Below are positions 47,161 through 59,853 of a stretch of DNA of 64,000 nt, one piece after another. Below the pieces are notes generated by a model. That model had not been told where the DNA came from and did no database searches. It saw only the letters and a list, made by a program, of their open reading frames with translations. A program made the position numbers and the translations under genes. Within the stretch, counting starts at the first letter, position 1. Each line of letters starts with the position of its first letter. The DNA is from Craspedostauros australis (lineage: Eukaryota), in assembly GCA_030167865.1 (NCBI GenBank), contig JALAGF010003459.1, positions 1-64,000 of the forward strand. The letters are read 5' to 3'.

Positions 47161-50100
47161 TTAGGCGTCTTCCTCGATGCCTTCTTCTGCTTCTTCGTCG
47201 TTGGATTCGCCCTTGCCCATGTCATCCGCAAGTGGGACGTCGTCGGTCTCCACTGCCTTGTTGACATCGGCGTCGGCATCCATTTTGCCCTCCTTGGGGG
47301 AACTCACATCGGCTGTAATGTCGGTCATGTTGCGCCAGAAGAGCCTGTACACCACGTAGGTGCCAATAACCATGATTCCCAATGGAATCAAACCATAGTA
47401 CCACACATCCCAGTCGTCGTCGCCCTCCATCAACGGGGCGATCGTGAGGGAGATGATGCTCATCAACTTGATTAGGATATTCAACGCGGGTCCGCTTGTG
47501 TCCTTGAATGGATCTCCGACGGTGTCGCCGACGACGCATGCCTTGTGCGTCTCGGTTCCCTTGCCGCCCTTGGCTCCTTCGATCTCGATGTACTTCTTGG
47601 AGTTGTCCCATGCGCCGCCGGCGTTGGCCATCATGATGGCGAGCATCATGCCGGAGGCGATGGACCCAGCGAGCATGCCGGTGAGGCAGCGGGGTCCGAT
47701 GAGGAAGCCGACGCAGATCGGGGAGAGGACGCCGTAGAGTCCGGGGAGGATCATCTCCTCGACGGAGCTTTGGGTGGAGATCGCAACGCACTTGTCAGAA
47801 TCAGCCTCTGCAGTTCCTTCGCGGAGTCCTGGGATTTCGGCGAACTGGCGGCGCACCTCGATGATGATGGCACCGGCAGCCTTCTGGACGGAGAGCATGG
47901 TCAATGCGGCGAAGAGGAACGGGAGCATGGATCCAACCAGCACACCACTGAGGACGATCGGCTCGCCGATGTCGACGATGTCGATGTTGGTCTTGTTCTT
48001 GAATGCGGAGAGGAGGGAGAGGGCGGTCAAGACGGCAGAGCCGATGGCGAATCCCTTTCCTGTGGCGGCGGTGGTGTTGCCGAGAGCATCGAGCGCGTCG
48101 GTGGTGTCGCGAACTCGCTCCTCAAGCTCCGCCATCTCTGCGATTCCTCCAGCATTGTCTGCGATGGGACCGTAAGCATCGGTGGCGAGGGTGATTCCGA
48201 GAGTACTGAGCATGCCAACAGCGGCCATGGCAATGCCGTACTCGTCTGCAAGGGCGTTGCATCCGAGGATGGTGGCGACGATGATGAGGACGGGGAAGAC
48301 GGTGGAGATCATTCCGATTCCAAGACCTTGGATGATGACGGTGGCTGGTCCTGTGACACCGGCGTCGGTGATGGATTGGACTGGCCAGTAGGAGTAGGAG
48401 GTGAAGTACTCCGTGACCTGCCCGATGAGGACGCCGGCGACGAGGCCAATCACAATGCAACCGAAGATCTCCCATCCTTCCTCCTCGCGTCCGTCGAAGA
48501 GCTGCGAGACGATGATTGCGGTGAATCCGGTGACGCAGATGGACGAGACGATGGTTCCCTTGTGGAGGGCGAACATGAGCTCCTTCTGGCCCGCAGCGTC
48601 GTTGGCGTTGACGAAGAAGAAACCGATCATGGATGCGACGATTCCTACTCCGGCAACCCACAGCGGCAGCATGACGAGGGCGAGGTCACCGTTTGCCAAG
48701 GTGATGGCAGCGATGATGGAACCGACGAAGGATTCGAACAGATCCGCGCCCATGCCAGCCACATCTCCAACGTTGTCACCGACGTTGTCGGCAATAACTG
48801 CTGGGTTGCGTGGGTCGTCCTCTGGGATGTCCATCTCCACTTTGCCAACCAAGTCGGCACCTGTTGTTGTTGTTATTGGTGTTGGACGGTAATGATCGTG
48901 ACGGGGGTTGTGGTCGAGTGCAGAGAAGAAAAGTTGTGTGTGAGTATTTGGACATGACGCCAAGGGCAAGAGCGCAAAGGGAAACAGGCATGCATGCAAA
49001 ATGCACGGACGAAGCAAATGGGATGAAAGAGCAGGAGTGCTGCCGGGGACATCCCTGTTGGGTATAGCATGGCATGGCCTAGCATGACACAGAATAGTAC
49101 AAGCACAGTGGTACTTACCGACATCGGCTGCCTTGGTGTAGATACCACCTGCGACACGAGCGAAGAGGGCGATGGACGAGGCACCGAATCCAAACCCTGC
49201 CAAGGAATCGGCAGCGTAGATGAGTCTGGCCTCGAACACATCGTCGGGATATCCCAACGTCACGAGGTAGAAGAAGAGGGAGATTCCGAAGAGGCCCAAT
49301 CCAACCACGGTGAAGCCCATGACGGCACCGCCGGTGAATGCGACACGGAGGGCGACTGCCAATCCGTGCTGCTCGGCTGCCTGGGTCGTGCGGACGTTGG
49401 CGTCGGTGGCGACGGACATGCCGCCCCATCCTGCCGCGGCCGAAAGAGTGGCACCAGCCAAGAAGCAAGCCGCGTAACGGATTCCGTCGGTCTCATCACC
49501 TGACGGTGGGTCGGCGCTGTAGAGAGCGAGCAGGGCAAAGAAGACGACGACGACGAATCCGGCGAGGTACTTGTACTCGGTGACGAGGAAAGCTCTGGCA
49601 CCTGACTTGATTTGGTCCGAGATCTTGTTCATGAGGTCCGATCCGCGGGGGGCCTTGCTCAGCTGTTGTGATCGATAAGTGTGGTGTGTGTGCAAGGAAG
49701 ATCAAGTGTGGTATGGTCCGTCAGGCATGGTAGGCCAGGCACGATAGATCAGGGAGAGAGGAAAAGAGGCGGGAAGAGTATAAGGACAATGAGATTAGGT
49801 AAGAAGACAGAAGCGTCGGCAGGTTGATGATACCATGACGGCCCAAGTTGAAGTTGGGACATAAACCCCGGATCGTCGCCATGCATTTCACCCACGCCAA
49901 CGCGGAAACACGCAAATAGGCAAGCACGCGAGTGCCAAAGCCGTTTGACTTACCTGAGCTGAGAGGAAGAAGACCATCATGAGGCCAAGGACGGAGGCTG
50001 CCAGTCCCAAGGACGCTGCCTCGATGGCGTTGAGGTTGCATGGGAAATCATTCTTGAGGTTGTCATCGAAGCAAGTGTCCTTGAGATCGTAGCTGTCCAG

Positions 50101-50163
50101 AATCTTTTGCAGCTTGGGATCCAAGCCGAGGAAGATCCTCGTTCCTTCGTCCACTGTCGCCAT
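47161..50163 (-). CDS. Membrane-integral cation-translocating pyrophosphatase (K+-dependent type)
   Basis: Exons 50163-49954, 49662-49119 and 48860-47161. Motifs [49 protein letters not shown] and [14 protein letters not shown]. Confidence 0.96.
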
Positions 50164-52541
50164 CGTCGTCGTTGTCTCGGTTTGTTGGTTGTTGTGGTTG
50201 TTGGTGTTGGTTGTGGCTTGATGCGCTTTGTTTGCTTTCACTTCGGCGTGAAACGTGCTCGTATGGGGTGCAAAGTATGTATGCACTTGTGCTTGTATTC
50301 AGCAGTAATCAGCAGTAATCAATCTGTGGATCTTTCCTTCTGATTTTATGTGAGGAGTGCAACTCTCGCTCTCCTCTTTTCTCTTTTCATTCAGCTCACT
50401 GCGAAGGAAGCAGGCGATTCGGATGGTTCTCGCTCTCTCGCTTCCGGTCTCACACGAACTTACCTTGGGAGCGGTGCGAAGCCCACTCTGTTCCTCTTGT
50501 TGTTGTTGCGTTGCTGCAGTGTTGTTGCGTTGTTGAAGTGTTGTTGAAACGGAATCAAATCGGAACGTCGGCTTCGGAGAGGGTTGACACCTGCCTTCTG
50601 TTGTCTGACAGCCACTGCTTTGGTCTTGGATTCTGTCTGCGTTGAGCCTGTGGTTGTGATTGTGGTGATGGCAACGGGAGTGGTGATGGCAATGGCAACA
50701 ATGGTGGCGAAGACGAGGACGACGATGATGATGATGATGTCAATGGAAGAAGCGAACTCTCGTGTGTGCTCGAACGTGTCTCGTTTCTCTTTGTGTCTCT
50801 TCTTGCTTGTTGTCTTGGCGCGTCGATCGCACCACGCTTTTCGCGCTTCTCTTGTCTCGGTACTGTTCAACACGTTTGCTCTGCTGTTGCCGAATGGGGA
50901 AATTCCATCCTTCGCGAAAACTATGTCTTCGCCTTGTTGATTGCGTTCTCATAGCGTATTTGTCCCTCCAACGTCGTATCAGATATCGAATCGACGTTAT
51001 TCCCGCCTCCGTACTTAGCAAGCAAAACATCAACCGGTCTCGTCGACGTCTCATGATCAGCCGGGTGGCTCACAGCATCCATGTTTTTAGAACACCAAGG
51101 TTGACATGCGTGGACAACTGGAATACCAATGTGCTGTATCCGTGAGTGCACAATCATCGACTATCCGAACAGTGGTGTCATCGTCGGCTCTGATTGGAGA
51201 AGCAAACAGATGAGGTGTCAGCCATCCACCGATACTCCCACACCAAGCGTTCTTATTGACATCTTCCTCACTCCACCTCTCCGAGTGTTTGGGGAGGAAG
51301 GTGAGCGGAAGCTGTCTGTGCGAACATACCAAGGAACGATCGCGAACAAGTCCGTTCCAGGAGGGGTTCGATTGCCGAACCGAACGAGGCCATCGATGGA
51401 GTTGATCAATGAGGTGCGGGGAGGACAGCAAATTCGTTCCGTCTCTCTCCTCCTCCTCGACGTTCAGCAAGGAGTGGGCGGTATGAGTAGGTAGATGCGT
51501 GCGGAGGCAGCGACGTCCAACGGAAAGCACGCAACGAGAACGCTCAGTTGTTCCTCGGCATCTGCAAGATCGCGACCTTTCTCTGTGCCTCTCTCTCGCT
51601 CATTCGGCGATCACCATCGGCACGTTCGACGGATTCCTTTCGGTGGCGGGTCTTCCTATTGTTCTCCGCTTCCTTCCTTGCGGACAGCAAAGCGATTCCG
51701 ACCATCGGCACCATCCCGAACCTCATGCAGAAGAACAGCAGAGGGCACAAGGCTGACACAATGTTCGTGGGAGCACCACATTCCGATGCTGCGGCAGCTG
51801 TATTTGCAACTATGATGAACACTCAAACAACCATGACGATGAACGTGGCGTCGCTTGCGTCGATTGATTGATCCGGAACAACGACGAATGCGTGGCCGTT
51901 GCAGACTCGCGCTCTTGACCTCTTGTGACGAGGCACCCATGAGCATACGTACGCAAGGCTGTTGCCGTATCCATGCTTCTTCTTGCTGTGCCGTTAGAGT
52001 GTTCCGATTCACACGATGTTGTTGGTTTTGATTTGTTGAAATGGGAGCTGAGGGTAATCCAGACATATATTATTACAGCACTTCAATTTCTGCCGTATTC
52101 AATAACGCTTTATAACGTCTACGGGAGTAAACTCCCAAGACTGGAATGAATCGTCGATGTCCAACTGAGAACATGGACTCACTCGAGCACTACGTTTTTG
52201 TTCCGGCAATTTGGTCGGAGCCATCAACTCCGGATCCAGCAACTCACATCTTCTGCACTTTCGTCATGGTCGGCATTCTGCGGCCGACGATCTGCACATC
52301 ATCACGTCCACGTCCATGTTGGACATCTTTGGCGGCAGCATTCCAAACACAGCCGAACAAAGCGAACGGCGTGACCCCCTGCTCGTGTGAAGACCTCTTG
52401 GAATGCCTGTTGACCTCCATCATCACGCCATAAACTATTACACCTATTTTCACAACACAAGAGAGCATCACCACTCTACCACGAGCATTGCATTGCACTC
52501 CGTTTCATATCATCACCACGCGTGTCCAACACAGTAGAACA

Positions 52542-53882
52542 ATGAAGATCGCTGCCACCTGGAGTTCCGTCGTTTGCGTGCTGATCAGCCTGTCATCGAC
52601 CGGCGCATTCGTCCCGGTCAATGGCGAGAACAGCCGATCGACTCAATCCGCCAGCGCCAGAGCGGCTTCCGTCTGGGAGGCCGTGCCAGAGGGTCCGCCG
52701 GATGCCATCCTCGGCATCGCACAGGCCTTCCGCGCATCCACCGACGAGCGCAAGGTGAATGTCTGCGTGGGTGCGTACCGCGATGAGACGGGCAAGCCGT
52801 GGGTGCTGCCCAGCGTCCGCGAGGCCGAGAGCAAGATGCTCGACAACGACGAGAACAAGGAGTACCTTCCCATCGATGGTGACCAGGACTTCGTGCAGCG
52901 CGCGTTGAAGTTCGCCTACGGTGCCGACGCTCCGTTGGAGCGCATCGCTGGAGTGCAGACCCTGTCCGGCACCGGCGCCTGCCGCATCGGCGGAAAGTTC
53001 GTCGAGGCCTTCTACCCAAACAGCAACTCTATTTACGTGCCGGTGCCGACCTGGGGCAATCACCACAAAATCTTCCAGGAGTGCGGCCTCGACGTGCAGA
53101 CCTACCGCTACTACGACCGCTCCACCAACCGCCTGGACCTGGCCGGAATGGTGGAGGACCTGGAGGGCGCCCTCGATGGATCCATCATCCTCCTCCACGC
53201 CTGCGCTCACAACCCGACCGGTTGCGACCCAACCCCGGAACAGTGGAAGGAGCTCATTGCCCTGCTGGAGAAGAAGGGACACCTGGTCTTCTTCGACTCC
53301 GCATACCAAGGCTTCGCTAGCGGAGACGCTGAGGCCGACGCGAAGGCATTCCGCACCGTCGTCGATGCCGGACTTCCGGTGATGCTGGCCCAGTCCTTCG
53401 CCAAGAACTTTGGCCTGTACGGTGAGCGCTGCGGCACCCTCAGCGTCGTGTGCAAGGACGCTGCCGAGAAGGACATCCTCATGAGCCAGCTCAAGTGCAT
53501 CATCAGGCCCATGTACTCCTCCCCACCCAAGCACGGAAGCTCCATCGTCAAGACGGTCCTTTCGGATGACACTCTGACGGGGCAGTACTACGCCGAGTGC
53601 GCGCAGATGGCCGACCGCATCAACGCCATGAGGACCAAGCTGGTGGACGCCCTCAAGGATGTTGGCAGCACGCACGACTGGTCTCACGTCACGCAGCAGA
53701 TTGGAATGTTCGCCTTCACGGGCATGAGCGCCGACATGTGCGATCAGCTCACCGACGAGTACGCCATCTACCTCACCAAGGATGGCCGCATAAGCATCGC
53801 CGGAGTGAACGACAACAACCTGGAGTACGTTGCCAAGGCCATCCACGCCGTGACGGATGGCAAGAGCATCACCAGCGCGTAA
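52542..53882 (+). CDS. Aspartate aminotransferase with bipartite plastid-type targeting peptide
   Basis: PPDAILG, VGAYRD, QTLSGTGA, HACAHNPTG and SFAKNFGLYGER (PLP Lys). Signal peptide ends STGA|FVP (ASAFAP-like). Confidence 0.95.
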   Translation: MKIAATWSSVVCVLISLSSTGAFVPVNGENSRSTQSASARAASVWEAVPEGPPDAILGIAQAFRASTDERKVNVCVGAYRDETGKPWVLPSVREAESKMLDNDENKEYLPIDGDQDFVQRALKFAYGADAPLERIAGVQTLSGTGACRIGGKFVEAFYPNSNSIYVPVPTWGNHHKIFQECGLDVQTYRYYDRSTNRLDLAGMVEDLEGALDGSIILLHACAHNPTGCDPTPEQWKELIALLEKKGHLVFFDSAYQGFASGDAEADAKAFRTVVDAGLPVMLAQSFAKNFGLYGERCGTLSVVCKDAAEKDILMSQLKCIIRPMYSSPPKHGSSIVKTVLSDDTLTGQYYAECAQMADRINAMRTKLVDALKDVGSTHDWSHVTQQIGMFAFTGMSADMCDQLTDEYAIYLTKDGRISIAGVNDNNLEYVAKAIHAVTDGKSITSA

Positions 53883-53928
53883 GCACGGATACCGCAGGTA
53901 TCGGTGCGACTATGATCGATCGATCGAC

Positions 53929-53949
53929 AGAGAGAGAGAGAGAGAGAGA
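53929..53949 (+). repeat. (AG)n microsatellite preceded by (GATC)n
   Basis: Directly visible. Confidence 0.85.
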
Positions 53950-54448
53950 CTCTCAGCTATGGTACGGCCAAACTACGTTAAGTGCATACATAGGAGTACA
54001 CATTTTTCAAAGCTGGGCTGAGAATAGCATCGATAGAAATGTCGAATGTGGTCGGCAGTGTAGGAATTGCTTGGTGGGTTGGTACAAAAGCCTTCGCCCC
54101 CCATTCGTATTCGTACGAGTACGAGGAAGCGCGTCTTGCTGTCTCCAGTCAGGCCTAGAACGGGGGAGAAACGCATCTTCAGCCACATACCGAGGATAGG
54201 AAATGATCGTGAGGTGGCGCATCCTCAACTCGGCTTTGTTTGCGATCCGCCAGCACAAGAGAGGATTCGAAAACAGTAGTATGCTATTCTAGAATAGAAC
54301 AAAGGAGAGTCCTGTATAAGTACTCTGCTCCAGTGCGGTTGCGCACAACAACACAACATAGACACACACGTGGATGTATGGGACCATAGGTAGAGCTCGT
54401 ACGATGTTGGTAATGTGGACTCAAAAATTATGTTAGTTCTGTCTATGG

Positions 54449-55372
54449 TTATGCGCGCGTTGCTGCCGTTCCTGGCACTTGTCCCGACGACAATGCTGCC
54501 ACCGTCAGTGCGAGTGTTGCAGGCGTGGATGTCGATACTGTTGATGCTGATGCAGCGAAGGGCGTTGGCGCGAACAGCCTTGGCCCGGATCGGAATATGC
54601 AGTAGTGCTGACGTCGCCTTCGGCGCTGTGGGCTTTGCTGTTGCTGTCGTCGCCGTCGTCTCACGCTGCGCTTTGCTCGCCTCTGCGTCCTGCGTCGTTC
54701 CATCTCATCGGCCTTGGCCTTCTCTTCAATCCGGAACTGAGTGTGTGCCTTGATTAGTTCGGTCGTTATCTGGCTGTACACATCCATGACCTTGGCATCC
54801 AAGGGCTTGCGTTTGGCTTGATCGTCGTTGCTCTCGCTGTGCCTCTCCGTCCTCCGCCTCTTCGTCTTCGGTGGCGAAGTGTGGTCCGAGTGCAGGCGGC
54901 TCAGCGTGTCCCTCAGCCGTTGCTGCTGTTGCCATTGTTCCTGCTCTTGCTGCTGCTCGTGCCGGATGGCCGCTGCCCGTTGCTGCAGCCACACGATGAT
55001 GCGCATGAGCAGTCCCAGATTCAGCGTGAGATCGCCCAGGTTCTGCCCCGTGCGGGGACAGAAGTCACCGAAGTTGATGGTCCACAGCGACAGAGCGCTG
55101 CACTCGTAGTGCAGGCCCGTCACCGAGCTTGTCACGGGGCACGTGAGGACGGTGCCGAGGATGGAGCATATGAATTCGGAGGGAACCTCGTGCTGTGCCG
55201 ACGTGAGCTGGTGGGTTGTGTCGAAGGCCGGCGTCTGTGCGGCCGATTGATGGATCAGCCCTTGAACTTGTTGGGGATTGGCAGTTGCCGCAATCGATGG
55301 TTCGAGTTGCTGCTCCTGCAGATCCAGGTGCGACTGCTCGTCATGCGGATGCTCCATCGTACTCGTCGTCAT
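54449..55372 (-). CDS. U-box domain protein with Q/R-rich C-terminus
   Basis: VPSEFICSIL...PV...G..YE..AL..W......CPRTGQ.L..L..N..L...I..W. Confidence 0.75.
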   Translation of the reverse strand: MTTSTMEHPHDEQSHLDLQEQQLEPSIAATANPQQVQGLIHQSAAQTPAFDTTHQLTSAQHEVPSEFICSILGTVLTCPVTSSVTGLHYECSALSLWTINFGDFCPRTGQNLGDLTLNLGLLMRIIVWLQQRAAAIRHEQQQEQEQWQQQQRLRDTLSRLHSDHTSPPKTKRRRTERHSESNDDQAKRKPLDAKVMDVYSQITTELIKAHTQFRIEEKAKADEMERRRTQRRAKRSVRRRRRQQQQSPQRRRRRQHYCIFRSGPRLFAPTPFAASASTVSTSTPATLALTVAALSSGQVPGTAATRA

Positions 55373-57937
55373 CTATTGCACTCTGCGATGATGAGTTCTT
55401 CTGCGGTGTGATGTTGGTGATTGGTGGATGCGGTGGGGGCTGCTTTGTTGGGCTTTCGTTTTTGTGGGATGGATGAGTTGCGCACGTCTTCTGGCAAGTT
55501 GATTGGGAGTTGAGATGATGTTGTGAACAACAACAGGACTCTCACTAGCATCAGGAGCAGGAATCGCAAGCCAAGTGCCATCAACAAAGAGGTGAGTCGA
55601 TCGCGCTCAACGATTGGTGGTCCTGGCTTGTACGAGTACGATCTATGATGCCCGATGTCAACAGATGGGATTGACTGCGGGAGGCCAGCTCAGAGAGGAG
55701 GAATCGTCGCGAAGCACCGACACTTGCGACGCTTTTTGGCTCTCCACGTTGTTTGTATCGGGTCGGTCCGGATCGTGGCTGATCTTGGTTCTTCTTATGC
55801 GGTCGCCGATACTGGGGTTCCTGCAAGAATCGGAGGTGACGACGGTGCTGTTGCTAACGACAAAAGCACCAATGGCTTGTGGAGGATAGAGCGCGCAGTC
55901 GTTCGATTACACCACAGTTGATCAGTGGTCACAAACAAGAAGGTGGGCAAGTGAAATCGCACCAGTGCGGAATTGGTGTCCGTACGATGATACGCCGAAG
56001 TAGTCGGCAAGGGGGAGCGTCAGAACCACCCACGCTGGAGAGCCGAGCGTGGCTTTCCGACAGAATCTGCCGAGCGAAGAGCACTGAAAGATCGCAGAAA
56101 ACGAAGGGAAGGTGTGATGTGGCGGTTACAAATCCACGGTTCGGCACCTTTCGTTGTCGCTCTCGTGCTATCTCCATACCTCGCTTCGGTTCATCTTTGG
56201 CCGCGAACGCGTGGCGGGATGATTCTGTCAACCGCAAAGCGCGGCGATTTGCCCATCTCGGTACACGAGAGAAAAGACCTAACATCGGTACTAGCGATTG
56301 GCTGCATCACAGAATCAACAACAGGTCGTGGATTTTGTGACAAGGGCGACATCACAACATGCACCACGCAGACACCAATGGGGACGCGTCAGCAGATTGC
56401 AGCATTGCGTGTGGGGAGCGAGAAACAGATGTCACATAAGTGGACCCTGGCGTTTGTCGTTCCACGTCATGGGTGGACGTTTCGTCATACGGGAGAATTT
56501 CCGAGCCCATAAGTACGAGTGCCACATGCTCCAAGCTGGAGCCAGCTGCGAAATCCATTTGGTCGTGAGACTTCCTTGTCTCACCCAAACTCCACAATTT
56601 CAATTTCTCCACACGCACAACGACAACAAACTAAGTGCGAAGCAACCGTATCTGGAGAACGAAAATGCAGAAACCCAAGTACAGAGCAAGACAAGCAGAC
56701 GCAGCCCGTGTTCATGCATGACGGATCAACCGACGGAAGTCTCCGTATCTTACCCAAGCGAGCTACGTTGAACGTTCTGGAGAAAGCCAAATCTGGCAAA
56801 GTGTAATGTAATACGGCCTATAGGTTCCACACCCTTGCGTACCAACGAACCGCTCTCGCGATGTGTACCAAATCCGAATCCTCTGCTGGTATCCCAAACC
56901 CTCATTGTGTCGGGAGGTCCGTGCGACCACGTGGTGGCGTCTTCGTCACCATCCCTGCCACTGCGAATCAATTCCAAGAGAGATAGAGGAATCTGTGTTG
57001 GGACGGCGCGACAGCGGATGGTACGACTGCTATCTACGAACATGAGTTTGGATGCTTGCGAGCGGCCCAGCGGAAACGAAAGTGGCCGAGCACAAACTTC
57101 GCCGCTCTTGAATTCAAGGAAGCGAACGATCGGCAAGACTGCCAATACCACACCATCCAGAGCTACGCGTGTCCACACATTCAAGTAGGCGCCTGCAGCG
57201 TGAGAACGGGGGTGTGAGCAGTTTCACTTCTGGTGGTTATCAGAGTGGTTCGCAAGTGGTTTCAGAAACATCAAAGATTTATGAACACGTGGTGCTCATG
57301 ATGTAGGAGATGTGGCACTGTCGAATGGCGTCACGATCGAAAGGCACACAGAATCCTACAAAAGCCCCGTTACAAGAAAATCCTTGAAAACTAGTCTTGT
57401 GTTGGGAAGGCGATCGCTAACGACGTTCCAGAGTGCATCATTCCATCAGTTACTTCAACAATGTGAAGGGCGACGACGTTGATGTTGTCGGTTGTCGCGC
57501 TGCTCACGTCAGTCATTCACGGAGGAACAGGACTCATCGTCGTTTTCACCATTGTCGTCGCGACTCAACCCAAGACCTCAAGGGTACGCACATCGAGACA
57601 TGGGCCGTATGCAGAGATAGAGGAGACCGCGGCAACGGCAACAATGATGCTAACAACAAATGGAGATGCTTGTGTGTCGGACCCGGCTACTATGCCAATC
57701 ATTGATCCTCTCTTTTCCTGATACCCTGTCAAAGTTGATCCAACCCACAAAGGTTTGTTTGCATCATCCTGTTACGAAAATGGTTCCGTGTTGTATTGGT
57801 GCTGTAGGCCGTAACAGGAAAACTCTGTTGGATGCCGCAAAGCCAATGACTTGCAGCTGCTACTATACATCCTACGCGGAATCTTTGGCTGATGGAATAC
57901 AATGCATTCGAGCTTCCGTTCACACCATACAAGCTAG

Positions 57938-57965
57938 AAGTGCAAGTGCAAGTGCAAGTGCAAGT
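57938..57965 (+). repeat. (AAGTGC)n hexamer repeat
   Basis: Directly visible. Confidence 0.85.
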
Positions 57966-58086
57966 ACTCTATTTTCCATTCGGCCTTATCTAACCAAATG
58001 GATCCTTTTGTTCTGTCCATGTATGTTCGATACTTCCACCTGCAGCCACCATCCTCGCATCACTGCCAGTACGCCCCTCCACTAGT

Positions 58087-59853
58087 TCATGCGTTGCCGT
58101 TCGCGGGTGCTTTGCTCTCTTTCGACCTTCTACCTCTCGCCAGCGGCCCCAGCTTCAAGTAATGCCAGGCAACGCCGACGCCTTGGATGAGCGTGAAAAT
58201 GACCTCGATTGCAAAGATCGCGCCGATGCTCTTTTGAGCGAATGGCAGGCGCAGCATTCCGACCAACGCGGCGGTGCTCGCCGCCGTGATGACGGCCAGG
58301 TCGCGGAACTGGCTCATGCCGAGCATTGCTCCTTCGCCGGCAAAGACGGGGCCGTTCAAGATATGCAGCAGCGCTGCGATCATGCCCGGCGTTTTCACCG
58401 CTTGCTGCACCTCCGGGATGGGGGAGAACATGGGGACCAGGAATGGCAAGGCCAGCAGCTGGAGGGCGGCAAGCACCAGGCCAACGATCATGCTCCATGA
58501 AAAGATGCGATCCCCGATCTCGACTGCCTTGTCGTCACCCTCCTTGGCTCTGGTTGCAGGGATTAGCGCGGCGGCGGTGCCCTGGATGGCGATGTGCACC
58601 ACGATACCAACGGAGTAGAGCTGATTCACAATGCCGAACGCCGCCGCTGAAATGCCGGACGGGTCCATGACTTGCGCTCGGCGGGCAGCGGAGATGATAG
58701 CGATGTTGATGGCGGCCTGTCGAGACAGCATGGAGATGCCTCCCTTCAGGATGGGGAGCAGGGCCTTCATTTTCGGTGGCTGCACCAGCTTGCGCACTGT
58801 GGCGAGCTTCCGCCGCACCAGCAGCCGGATGTAGACCATGCCGGACATCGTTTCCGATGCGGCAGTGGCCAACGCCGCTCCGATGAAGCCCAGGTTGAAT
58901 GGTGGGAAGACCATCATGGGGTCCAGCACGAGGTTCAACGCATTGGCAGCCAGCGACACCTTCAACGGCGTCACGGTGTTCAGCAGACCACGGTACGCGG
59001 CGAATCCGGTCGCCGACGTGAGCGCTGGGATCATGCTGAGACCTCGCAACCGCAAGTACGGCACGGCGTACTTCATGGCCGGTGCACCGCTTGGCAAAAC
59101 CATCTTGAGGATGGACTCCGGAAACAGAACCAATGCGATCGTTCCGAGCCCACCGAAGAGGTTGGACAGAAAGAGGCTCTCGCATACGCGATCTTGCGCC
59201 TTGTCGAGATCGCCCGATGCAACGGCTTCCGCCACGAGCGGTGCAGTGATGGTGGGGACGAAGGCGACCAGGAAGTACAGCGTGAAGAACGCGGAGTTGG
59301 CGGCGGATTGACCCGCGAGTGCAAGGGCGATGCCCATTCTCCCGACCCAGAAGGTATCCACGGCATTCACCAACGGCACGACGGCAAGGTTGACCATGCT
59401 GGGGATCGCCGTGGAGAGAATGAGCTTGTCATTGGCGTTGTTGTTGGGCAGGGCGGCTCGCAGTCTCGACTTCTGTGGAGCGGCTGAATCGGATGGTGTC
59501 ACGGGCTTGGCTGCCTCAGCACCGTTCACGGCAGCGCTATCGATATCATTTCTTGCATTAACTTGATCATCAGTATTTGTATTGGTATCGGTACTGTCTT
59601 CCGCCTTGGCTGGGACGTCAGCTTCGTTCGTAGTCTGTTGCTTTTCCCACAATTGGGTGCTTCCCAACGACCGTGATCCGGAGAGGCTCGATGGCACAGT
59701 CCTGATCCTGTTACCAATCGCAATCTTGTTGCTTTCTCGCCGATGCTCCGTTGCGCGTGGCTGCCGCACCGAATAACGCCGAACTGACAACGATGTCGAT
59801 TGCTCGATTGTGCAGAGCCACACTGCGGAGGCGGCGATCAAGTGGTTCCTCAT
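58087..59853 (-). CDS. MATE/DinF-like transporter with N-terminal targeting extension
   Basis: PLVNAVDTFWVGRMG, YLRLRGL, YRGLLNTVTPL, NLVLDP, GFIGAALAT and EGAMLG, with multiple TM helices. Confidence 0.92.
   Translation of the reverse strand: MRNHLIAASAVWLCTIEQSTSLSVRRYSVRQPRATEHRRESNKIAIGNRIRTVPSSLSGSRSLGSTQLWEKQQTTNEADVPAKAEDSTDTNTNTDDQVNARNDIDSAAVNGAEAAKPVTPSDSAAPQKSRLRAALPNNNANDKLILSTAIPSMVNLAVVPLVNAVDTFWVGRMGIALALAGQSAANSAFFTLYFLVAFVPTITAPLVAEAVASGDLDKAQDRVCESLFLSNLFGGLGTIALVLFPESILKMVLPSGAPAMKYAVPYLRLRGLSMIPALTSATGFAAYRGLLNTVTPLKVSLAANALNLVLDPMMVFPPFNLGFIGAALATAASETMSGMVYIRLLVRRKLATVRKLVQPPKMKALLPILKGGISMLSRQAAINIAIISAARRAQVMDPSGISAAAFGIVNQLYSVGIVVHIAIQGTAAALIPATRAKEGDDKAVEIGDRIFSWSMIVGLVLAALQLLALPFLVPMFSPIPEVQQAVKTPGMIAALLHILNGPVFAGEGAMLGMSQFRDLAVITAASTAALVGMLRLPFAQKSIGAIFAIEVIFTLIQGVGVAWHYLKLGPLARGRRSKESKAPANGNA

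Noticed and set aside
47545-53846. Long antisense ORFs opposite PPase and AAT (also opposite RPL7A, EF-Tu and the GT genes)
   Set aside because: Shadows of strong codon bias on the sense strand, with no recognisable domains.
57234-57246. TGGTTATCAGAGT resembling a tRNA-iMet primer binding site
   Set aside because: Imperfect match, with no LTR pair or gag/pol remnants recognisable nearby.
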